Shown in pieces: positions 45,295 to 55,634 of a stretch of DNA of 63,772 bases. Every line of letters begins with the position of its first letter. Within the stretch, counting starts at the first letter, position 1. A model generated the notes under the pieces. That model did no database searches and was not told the DNA's origin. It saw only the letters and a list, made by a program, of their open reading frames with translations. The DNA is taken from the NCBI RefSeq assembly GCF_000281045.1, contig NW_008246127.1, positions 211,547 to 275,318 of the forward strand, in the 5' to 3' direction. The position numbers were made by a program, and so were the translations under genes. This DNA is from Saprolegnia diclina VS20. Lineage: Eukaryota.

Positions 45295-46612
45295 CAAAAT
45301 CTTTGCGGGAGTTTGCTCAATGTTCGTTCGTTGAACAACGCGAAACTGAAACGCAAGGATAGACTGCTAATTCTCTATCGAGTCGCTCTTGCATCGCTGA
45401 CGCTCCATTTCATTTTTTGCCTTTTTGCTACATGTACAGTGTATCCTTCTACTAGTACAAATCTTTCCCACCCTTTTCACTTTTGCTACTGAGACGTTGC
45501 ATACGGAGGGACGAGCAATCTCCTTCTCCTTCATTCACTCGCCGGGCAGTGGCTGTGCAGACGGCTCTCGTCAGTAGTCACTTCGGGGCACTTGCGACCG
45601 CAAGTCAGGTCCATGACGTCAGCAAAGCTCTACAAAGTCCTTCCAGGCGCCACGATCGAGAACAATGCTGAAGGGCAAGCAATAGGCAACACACAAGACT
45701 AGAAACACGCAAACAAACGGCTTGCAGTCAAGCTCATGAAAGATTCAGCAAGGCTTGACGCCGCTTCGAGTCCTTCTCGCTTGTCCCGACAACCAGCGCG
45801 GTGACGTCAGCATGCTCGGTCAAAAGTTACCGGTTTGCGAGGCTGCGCGCACGCAACTTTTCTCGATGTTGAAGACAGAGCTGCCTTGCAACACTCGTGC
45901 TGCATTTATGGGTAGTGCCATGTTGACGGCTCGGTAAAGGCAATTCAAGGAGGTGCTGAGGTGGTGATCGAGCACGTTTTTTCTATTTATCCAATGACAA
46001 CAGTGTACAGTGGATTGGGTTTGCTAAACCCTTGGGTCCTCTCGCAACGATACGAAGAAAAATATGACCACCGCCAGAGGACCGTTTGTTGAGAAAAGAT
46101 AGCATTGGTTCAGACCGTTGACGCTTTTCCGTGTTTGGTCAAGAAGCCACACGGGCTATCGCAACGATGGGACTTGGCTGCCTCCAGGACGTATAGATGG
46201 CTGACCTCGCATGCTGTTCGCGGAGCTAATCCGAGCGTACATGTCGAGATGACGAATATCGGCTGTCGGTCGTCTGCGAGGTAAATGCCAACTCTACACG
46301 GAAAACCCTGCTAAATCACTTTTTCCAGTGAAAATAGTGACGACCTGAATCGCGTCAGTACCAAAAACAGCATGCCCTACAACAGCCAGCACTCGAATAC
46401 ACACGGACGAACGAAAATGAGTGGCATGAGCGGTGGATATCTTGACGCATTTGGTGGGCCGTCACAGAAAACTAGGATACCGGTAAAACCATTTCCAATC
46501 TTCGATTTGGTTTGACCCACTTTGCCCATGCGAGTGCGCAGAAGCGTAAGCGCTCGTTATGGAAGACATGGATCGTGTTCGAACACGTTGCCGATTGACG
46601 TGCTGGCGTTTG

Positions 46613-46637
46613 ATTGGTCCATTTGTGATGACGTGGC
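46613..46637 (+). promoter_or_regulatory. Composite element ATTGG-N11-TGACGTGGC upstream of ARF copy 4
   Basis: attgg tccatttgtga tgacgtggc. Confidence 0.7.
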
Positions 46638-46722
46638 GCCACGACAACAGAGTATTGGGGATACAGCACCGCCCTTCCTCACAATCCAATTTGCAGTCGC
46701 GGGCGCATTCCATACAAACACA

Positions 46723-47265
46723 ATGGGTCTTCTCCAGTCGTTCTTGATGCGCTTTCAGTTGGTCTCCACTCGTGACACGCGTCTGCTTATGCTCGGCCTC
46801 GACGCGGCGGGCAAGACGACGATCCTCTACAAGCTCAAGCTCGGCGACGTCGTCACGACAATTCCCACGATCGGCTTCAACGTCGAGACGCTGGATGTGA
46901 AGGGCTTCCATTGCACCGTTTGGGACATTGGCGGCCAAGACCGGATCCGGTCGCTTTGGCGCCACTACTACCAGAACACAAGCGCCATCGTCTTCGTCGT
47001 CGACGCCAACGACGTGAACCGCATGGACGAGGCGCGTCACGAGCTCCACGCGCTGTTGTCCTCGGACGAGCTCCAAAACGCAGTGGTGCTCGTCTATGCC
47101 AACAAGCAAGACCTGCCGCAAGCGATGAGCGCGGCCAACATAACCGAGGCTTTGGGCTTGCGCTCGATGCAGCGCCCGTGGTTTGTGCAGGCGTGTTGTG
47201 CGACCTCTGGCGACGGGCTTCACGAAGGCCTTCATTGGCTCGTCAACGCACTTCGCAAGCCATGA
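46723..47265 (+). CDS. ARF: ARF1-like small GTPase with canonical motifs (copy 4)
   Basis: [73 protein letters not shown]. Confidence 0.95.
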   Translation: MGLLQSFLMRFQLVSTRDTRLLMLGLDAAGKTTILYKLKLGDVVTTIPTIGFNVETLDVKGFHCTVWDIGGQDRIRSLWRHYYQNTSAIVFVVDANDVNRMDEARHELHALLSSDELQNAVVLVYANKQDLPQAMSAANITEALGLRSMQRPWFVQACCATSGDGLHEGLHWLVNALRKP

Positions 47266-47449
47266 TGCAATGCCGCGCACAATTTCCCACTTTGCTCTTC
47301 GATTACTGTACAACTAGCAACTTTATAACAAATTAACGAGCCCACATTTCATATTTCACCTTACAATGCACATTGCTCGTCCTGATGGATCGTGTTGGTA
47401 ATGTTGGCCCTCGGATTTAGTTTATCGATGTTCCTCTTGGCGCGATGTG

Positions 47450-47474
47450 ATTGGCTCTGGTTACATGACGTGGC
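47450..47474 (+). promoter_or_regulatory. Composite element ATTGG-N11-TGACGTGGC upstream of ARF copy 5
   Basis: attgg ctctggttaca tgacgtggc. Confidence 0.7.
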
Positions 47475-47534
47475 GCGCTGTGGGCAGCGTTTCGGTCGTC
47501 GATTCCAAATTTGGAGTGCAGTCTCCATCTTGTC

Positions 47535-48095
47535 ATGAGCACCATCTCCTCGACAGTCTCGTGGCTCTTTGCATCAAACCACGAGACGCGCGTGATCTTG
47601 GTGGGCCTTGACACGGCAGGTAAATCCACAATCCTGTATCAGCTGCGGCTCGGCGAGTGCATCAGAACGACCCCAACCATCGGCTTCAACGTCGAGCAAG
47701 TCCCGTTCGAAGGCTTCAGCTTCACATTGTGGGACATTGGTGGTACGTTTTGCCTCACGACAGTCGTGCGCCACTACTACGACAACGCAAAAGCCGTCGT
47801 CTATGTCGTGGATACCTACGATACCTCGCGCATGGACCTGGCGTGTGCGCAGCTGCATGCGATCGTGGCGGCCGACGCGCTCCGAAATACAGTCATCCTC
47901 ATCTACGCCAACAAGCAAGACCTTCAAGTCATGAGCAATGCCGACGTGGCCGAAGCGCTTCGCTTGCGTGCAATTCGGCAGCGATGGTTTGTCCAGCCGT
48001 GCTGCGCTGTCACTGGTGCCGGCCTCCACGAAGGGCTGCACTGGATCGCGACCGCACTTGGCGCGCCATCTCCAACGACCACGACCTCGCAATAA
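47535..48095 (+). CDS. ARF-family small GTPase, divergent (copy 5), lacking Gly2
   Basis: MSTISS start, [41 protein letters not shown]. Confidence 0.9.
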   Translation: MSTISSTVSWLFASNHETRVILVGLDTAGKSTILYQLRLGECIRTTPTIGFNVEQVPFEGFSFTLWDIGGTFCLTTVVRHYYDNAKAVVYVVDTYDTSRMDLACAQLHAIVAADALRNTVILIYANKQDLQVMSNADVAEALRLRAIRQRWFVQPCCAVTGAGLHEGLHWIATALGAPSPTTTTSQ

Positions 48096-48386
48096 TCGTG
48101 TCATCGTTTTATATCAGTATCGGGCCCAGCCGGACGGTTGAACTCTACCGAACCGTGCGTCGTCTGCTCGGTTCGCGTCAACCTTTGCGCCCTCTTTCTT
48201 CCGGCCTGTCCGGCGCGACAGAGCCCGTGGCCAAGAAGGATGCATTGCAAGCTAAGCTTAGCAGGCATTTGCTACAGAGAAAGGAAAATGCAGACCAAAA
48301 TTGTCCAATGTCATGTGCATTACATACTCCATCATAAATCAAGCGTTCTATCATCATCTACTAGTGGTACACAGACGCAAACCAAC

Positions 48387-50975
48387 TTACGCCGACGCAT
48401 GCGCCGCCACGTCGTCCTTGAGGGTCTCGGCGTTGAGCGCCGCAATCGCGGCCGCCAACAGCGCCTTGAGCTTGGTCTGCTTCTCCGCGCTGAGCGGTGC
48501 CATCGGCGCGTCGAGGCCCGAGAGGTCGACGACACCCGCCACCACAAGCGGCGCCATCATCTCGGCGAGGTACGTGGCCGCGAGCGGAATGTCAATCTCC
48601 AAGTCTTCCAAAAACTCCAAAATGTCAGTGAGCGACCGGACAACCGCGGTCGGGTCGACGAGACCGGCGGCGAAAAGTCCCGCAAGGAACGGACCGACCG
48701 CTGTGCGCTCGACCTGGCTATGCTCGAGGCCGTGGTTGAGCACGGCCGTCGCAATGGCTTCAGTGTGCGCAAGCGCATCTGGGAGGCTCGCGACGACCTC
48801 GGCAACGTCGTTCTCGTGCGCAAACTCCTTGAGCATCGAGATCGCCTTCTTCTTGAGGTCATCCTCGGAACGACCGGCGACGACCGGCGTCGGCGCCGGG
48901 GTCGCCGTGACAACCGGCGTCGACGCTGACGGCAACGACGCAAGCGACGACGAGCGGTGGAAACCGCCCTTGGACGACGAAGACGCCGGGTTGCGCGGGG
49001 GACGCTCGACCGAGCCACGACGGCTGTCACGCGAGCGGGCACCACGGTCGCTGCGGTCCGGGCGGTCACTGCGGTCACGGTCGTTGCGGCCCGACGGCGG
49101 CGGGCCATTCTTGTTGCCAAAGCGCTTGTTGTCCGGGACGCTGATCGACTTGGTCATCTTGGGCTTGCTCGGGATCGTCTCCCACCCATCCGGGTCGCTC
49201 GGCGCCGCCGCGACCACCGACGAGCTGCTGCGACGCGGTGCCGACATGGGCGGCGCGGCCATCGATTGGCTCTTCTGGAGCGCGCGGGGCTTGGGCGCAC
49301 CGGCCGCCTTGACGCGCTCTTCGCGGGCGACTTGCGCGTGGATCTCGGCGATCGTCGTCGCCTTGACCTCCTTGATGCGCGACACATACTTGGCGGCGCG
49401 AAGGTCGAGGAGGTCCTGGAGCATAAAGCGGACACGCGTGCAGAGCTTGTCCTTGGCGCCCGCGAGCTTGGCAATCAAGTCAAAGTACTGCTCCATGAGG
49501 GTCTTCTCGACAGGGACCGCCTGAGCGCGTTCTTCGAGGCGCGCGCCGATCGTCGACATGAGCTTGCACATACACTCGAGGTTCTCCTCATCGGGCGACT
49601 CGAGGTTGCCAAAGAGGCGCTGGATGCACTCGTGCATGATGCGGCTGCTGAGCATGCCCTGCTTGTAGAGCTCGCCAATGAAGCGAATGTGGCCAAGCGT
49701 CGCGCGCTTGAGGATGAGCGCCTTCTCGGCAAGCGCCGCGACGCTGAGCGCGTCCGTGTCCGACTCGTTCAAGCTCGTGAGCGGCGTCACCTCGAATTCT
49801 AGAAAAAATGATATGCGACATGAGTAAGGGCAAAGTGCGTCAGAATGACATACCCTTTTGGCAGCGCGTCAAAAGCAGCGTGCGGAAGAGCTTGGCCGTG
49901 TTGCGCTCGCCGTCGGCTTCGTCTTCCGACACGACAAGCGGCATGTCGGTGCGCGCCATCTTGGTGCAGAGCTCGGCGTACATGGCCGAGAAATGCCACT
50001 CCATCTGCGCCTTCTTGACCACCATATCGATCGCGCCCTTGAGCACATCGAGCGAGTTGACGGCAACGGTGATAAGCTGATCCGAGAGACGCTCAAACTT
50101 CTCCACCGAGAGCTTGTTGAGGATCGACTGGACGCCCTGCAAGTGCTCTTCGGTCGTGACCGCGTCCACGACGCCACGCGCCACCTTGGGCTTCCAGCGC
50201 GTCTCTTCGTTGATCGAGAGCGGCTTGACGTTCGAGAGGTCCTCTTCAATCGGCGCCGAGTGGTGCTTCTTGCCCTTGCGCGACTTTTTCGGGCGGTCGT
50301 ATTGCGACGACTTGCCGCCGTGGGCCGGCTTGTCGTCCTTGGTCTGCAGGTACAGCGCGCGCGCAATCTTCGAGTCACCGGGGTTTGCAATCACAATGCA
50401 GCCAACGAGCGACTGCGGCACCGGGCACAGCTCGGGCTCCATCGCCATCATCTCGGCGATCGTGTACGTGATGCGGCGCTTGCGGCCGGGCGAGACGGGG
50501 TCGACCGACGAGACGGCCGGCGCGGCCTCAACAACCGAGGCAACAACCGAGGCAACAACCGGGGCGACGACCGGGGCAACGACCACCGGCGCGACGACAA
50601 CCACGGGCGCTTCGACGTCTTCCTTCTCCGAGGCCGACGAGGCGGTCGAGATGGGCGACGCAGCCGGCTGCGACTCGGCTTCGGGCTCGGGCTTGCACGG
50701 CGTCGAGGGCGCAACGGCCTCGATTGCCGCCGCCACCGGCGACGCAGGCGCGGCGACAGTCACCGGAACATCCGCCTTGATCGGCGCCGGGGGCGTGTAC
50801 ACGGGCGCGGCCGGCGTCATGCCTACGCCACTCGGGATAAGAATGCAATCGGATGGGATAAGGACGCACCAGAGGGCACAAAGGCCTTGGCCGTGGGCTT
50901 GAGGAAGGAGGGCACAAAGGTGCTTGCGGACGCGCGGAGCACGCTCTTCGGCTTGGGGGTCTGCTGGTCGGCCAT
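48387..50975 (-). CDS. eIF4G: Eukaryotic translation initiation factor 4G-like (MIF4G plus MA3); 3 exons
   Basis: SILNKLSVEKF, FSAMYAELC, FRTLLLTRCQK|EFE, LGHIRFIGELYK, RVRFMLQDLLDLR, MA3-like LEDLEIDIPLA. Introns 50823-50869 and 49799-49853. eIF4E-binding-like YTIAEMM. Confidence 0.92.
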
Positions 50976-52111
50976 GTCGGGAACGCCAAAATGACGATCC
51001 CTTCAAATTGGTTGGTTTTTAGCACCGACCAATGGCATCGCGGTAAAGTCGCCGACGCCCGTTTATTGTATTGCATACAATGGCCAAGTTTATTTTAGAC
51101 GGGCCAACGAAATGCGACCAGCCAGTTTGCCGTTGAAGATCGGATAAACGCACGCAACTTTCGGTGTCTTTCGTAGCAGTTGGGTGGCCCGCCGCCACGA
51201 ACGAGTGCGATGGAAGTCGACCATCGTCTCGCGTACGGACTCGTGCAGCCACGAGACGTATTGGGCCTCGATGTTCGGGGGCAAAAATGTCTTCCATGGC
51301 CACGACGAGGTTTGCTTCAGTTTCGAAGAGTCTTGTCCAATTCTTCAGTGCTTTACCCACTGGCTTATCACGAGGTGGATCCGCGTTCGGGTCCCCACTT
51401 TCTTATTGCTTCCAATATTCTGTCGTGGGCATCTCGACTTGCGCGCGTACTCTATACTTGTACCGTCGTGATGCGGCGGTGCGCGGTGTAGGGCAGTGCA
51501 TCTTGACGCTCGTGCGGTTTGCCTAAATCACAGTACGTGTTGAACGCCACTTGACATTTTCTGCCGCGAGATAGTGGGCGGATTGCAAACCCGACCTGTG
51601 CAGCAGTGCGCAGCGGCAACACGGCTGTGCTGCAGAACGAGTATTACCGCCCTCCTGTACTACGGCACAACGCCCTCAACCAAGTTTGCGGTCCAACACA
51701 CACCGCCTTTCGGTGTTGCAATGGCAGTGCGACCACGACTATGTTGTGGCGCATGCGGTTTTGACGCGAGCGATTGCCAACCGCCGAGATGCCTGCGTTA
51801 GTACCTTGTTGAGCAATATCGCGAGCGACCGTCAAGAGCAAGAATTCATCAATTCACAATGCCACTCGAAAGAAATTCAGTTGACTCGATGTCCTCTTGG
51901 TCGAGAGTTCTTGCTGCGTATGCATACAAGCGCTGCCTTGAGCGCAACCTGCCTGATGGGTTTATCTGATGGGTGAGTCAGTCTATGGGCTGGCATCGGA
52001 GTGAATCGATTCGAGAACTGTGCTAGCTCCAAGTCCAAATCTTGTGGATGGCGGTGACAAGTGCAACTGGACAACATTGACGAAATGAAAAAAACGTGTT
52101 GAACAACGAGA

Positions 52112-52345
52112 TCATGTCATCTCGGACGCCTTGCGCTTGAGGGCGAGCTCATAGAGACATTCAACACGTGGGGTAGGGTTCGGAGGTGGGCACTGCAGTG
52201 GTGGCTGCGAGTGCTGTAGGCGCGTTGCATGGCCATAGTTGCCCACTGCGACGCCCCAGGTTGGTCGCACAACCACGTGAGAATGTCGAGATTGTCGGAT
52301 TCTGCCGCCGTTCGGATCGCCTTGTGCAGTGCGTTGTCGGTCGCC
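52112..52345 (-). pseudogene. 3' remnant of the ankyrin-like paralog family
   Basis: ALHKAIRTAAESDNLDILTWLCDQPGASQW, AYSTRSHHCSAHL and LYELALKRKASEMT* match the C-termini of the neighbouring copies; frameshifted. Confidence 0.8.
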
Positions 52346-52782
52346 GCACCGGACCGATGTTTCGTTTGTGGTCACACCTTTAGGTTAACCGGTATTTCCG
52401 GATAAGGATCGCCCACATGTTGTCTGCGACGTGAGCGTGCCACGTCAAAAAGATATTGATTATGTAAAAGAATTAAACGAACGTGCTTGCAATAGATAAA
52501 TGAAAAAGAACGATTCTATCCTCTCGCCTCGTGACATGCGGAGCAGATCTTGGTGGATGGCACCACCGCACCGAGATATACAGAGCTCGGCTGGCGCAGG
52601 CTCCAACGCCAACACTGCGTGCGACCCACGACATGTGCAAGAGTGCCGCCGCAGAGACTTTGTTCTACCTGTTTGGTACTCCAGTGTCGAAACGAGGACG
52701 ACGACTGACCAAATGCACGAGACAAGTGCGATGTGACAATAACAAAAACAAAAACATAGTATTGAGACAAACAGCAACCTCG

Positions 52783-54660
52783 TCACGCCATCTCAACTGC
52801 CTTGCGTTTGAAAGCGCGTTCAAAGAGGTGGATGGTGGCCGTCGACTCGCCGGGTAGGCTTTTGAGGTGGGCAACGCAGCGGTGGCTGCGAGTCACGTAA
52901 GCACCTCGCAAGGCCTCGTCCACCCACTGCGACGCGTTTGGTTGGTCGCACAACAACATGACGATCTCGAGCTTGTCGGTCTCTGCGGCCATATTCATTG
53001 CCGTACGCAGCGTGCTGTCGTTCGCTCGATGCGTCAAGAGAAACTGAACGAGGTCCGTGTTGCTGCTGTACACGGCCCCACGGATCGTGTGATCGCTGAA
53101 GCCATCGTAGTTGTGCTCGTGAAAGAACCGGATCACGTCGAGGTGGCCATTCGCCGCCGTCGTGTAAATAAAGTTACGTCCCCATCCTGCAAGTTGGTGC
53201 TCGTGGGCAAACTGCGCAATGTTCAAATGGCCAAATAAGCAAGCACGGTACCACACGCTGTCCATGCTAAAGCCCGCGTCCCGCAGCATAGCGACGAGAC
53301 CGACGTGACCCGACTCGGCAGCGTGCTCGACGACGCCACAGTACGCGACCTTGCAGTGGTCCAGCTGGTCCTTCAACCTCAAGCACATGCGTTGACGATG
53401 GCAGTCAAGCTGGACGCGTCGCTCAGGCGATAGCAATTGCGGTCCGAGCGCCCCGAGGACCTCGGCGTTGCCGCACGAGACAGCGTACGCAAAGAGGTGG
53501 GTACACAGAGATCACGGAGCTGCGAGAGGCCATGTCGAGCCCGCCAGAGTGTGAAGTGCGCGAGGTACGAAGCAAAGTCGCTAGTCGCGGGCACTCCGAG
53601 GCCGTCGCTGGAGTAGAGAGGAAGGTCCTTGCAGATGGCGTGCAAGGCGACCGTACTGCCGTCGCATCCGGCTTGATACGACCCAATGAACGTCAAGAGG
53701 GCTTTCGAGAGGAGCACCGACCGCAAGCACCGCTCGGTCGACTGCCGGGCCATTGCGTCGTTAATGCACCGAAGCGCGGCAGGCGCGCAGTAGTACAGTG
53801 CCATCGCCTTCGCTGCGGCCAAGCACGCCCGCGCCTCGAGCTGCTGGCAGAGCCACCGAAGAATGCCGACACGCCGATAGACCACCGGGTCCTTCAGCGC
53901 ATTTTCAACCGAAAGCAGAGTGGTGCGGCGATGCAAGAGAAGGTCTTGCACGGTCGTCAACTGGTCGTGCTCGATGCCCAAAGCGAGCGTCTCGTGGTTG
54001 GCGCCAGTGTAGCCGAGACCGAGAAGGTACTGCAACAGATCAAAATGACCGTTCTTGGCAGTGATGTTGATGTACGCATCGTCCCAGACTCCAAGGCCGT
54101 GCGCCACGACGAACGCAGCGACGTCCCAGTGACCGCCCGTGCAGACTGCCGCCCAAATGTCGTCGTCCGCGGCAAAGCCAATGCCGATAAGAAAGGCCAA
54201 AGCGTCGACATGGCCCTTGGTTGCTGCGCGGACGATGTTGTTGGAGCTGCGCATCTTCATTGCGGGACCGAGGTCCTTGATCGCACGCGGACACGCCTTG
54301 CAATCGCGGGCGTCGAGCACGAGACCGCCTTTCGCCCACATCAAGAGACCTGCATCCGCGAGCCACTGGAGAGCGCTGGCGTCGCCGCACGTGATTGCAT
54401 AAGCAAAGAGATGAGGCATACAGAGCGACGGCAGCTCTCCGGTTCCGTGGACTTGCAGCCACGCCGAGATGCGCGGACCGTCCACTGCAACGCCGTCGTC
54501 GTCGTCGTGCTCGTACGTGCGGCGCAGGTGACTGCGGCAGAGCATGTCCTGCGACTAGTCGACGTGGAAGGCACAGATGCGGCGGAGCAGGTCAGGCGCG
54601 CAGAGGACGTGGGTGGCAAGGTTGCTCCGGTCAATGCGGTCGCAAAAGCTGCGAATGATC
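52783..54660 (-). pseudogene. Ankyrin-repeat-like paralog, disrupted
   Basis: Collinear with the 55635 and 61727 copies, but has a stop after HVLCAPDLLRRICAFHVD and a frameshift near 53500 that splits it into ORFs 53379-54545 and 52783-53436. Confidence 0.82.
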
Positions 54661-55634
54661 GCGGGTGTATCCGGACGGTTTGTATCGTGAACAATAGCCA
54701 ATCGGGGGCGCTCGCGTTTAAAAGCAGCCAATCCAATGCGCAAAAGTCGCATGGAATTGGCCAATGAAATCGCCCGTTTCGTGTACCTTGGTCATTCAAC
54801 ATGCTCGTCGTTGAAGACCGCTGGAGTCACATGTGTGTGGGCGCTGTAGGGCGACTGCCATAAGCGCGATCTCGTGGCTAAGCACAAGCTCTTCTTGCGC
54901 GTGGAGCCAACCATCGATCCGCTCTCGTGGACCTTGACGCGCAGTCCGATGCCCCACGATGAGCCTACTGTGGACCACACTCAACGCACGCATCCTCAAA
55001 CAATAGACACTTTCGGTCGCTCCGAGCTCATGCTCTTGCTGTCGGTCATTCCTTGTCGACATGTATGGCGGCGGAATGGCAGACGCGCCATGGCGCAGAC
55101 AACCATCAAGGGAATACACTTTTCTTCCCTTTCATCCTCGAAAGCTTCCTCGGCAAGGTATCGTCCAACTGCCAGAGATCATTACATTCGTAAAGAAATG
55201 CTGCTTTGAGGAAAAAATTGAACATCCTTTGTCCACACTGCCCTGCGCAGCGCTCGCACACCAGCCGCCCTCCAGCCAACGCTATGATCCCAATATCCCG
55301 ACGGGTCAAAATCAACAATTGCAGTTTGCACATGCGGATGCTACATATCGGGTTCAGAGCTGCTGCCAACTCACTAGTGTACTGTGTGTGCCATGTTCAC
55401 GTTTTGAGGATAGTACCTCGTGACTGCGATATGAGGTTTGTTCGTCTATATCCACCCGGTCAGAGCACTACTCTGCGACGTGCGCCACCGTCGCTGGCTC
55501 GACGCAGCCAACGCGACACCAAAACCTCACCAATCGAGTGGCGATTTGATAGCGAGACGCCACACCACGCAAGGAACCCACACACTAAGGACGCTCAAGA
55601 CGCTATTTGGATACATACGTCATACCCACGTGGA

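Noticed and set aside
45400..46500. Possible gene or transposon remnant between ARF copies 3 and 4
   Set aside because: Only short ORFs with no motif I can support.
48138..50994. Several long plus-strand ORFs (263-407 aa)
   Set aside because: Antisense shadows of eIF4G.
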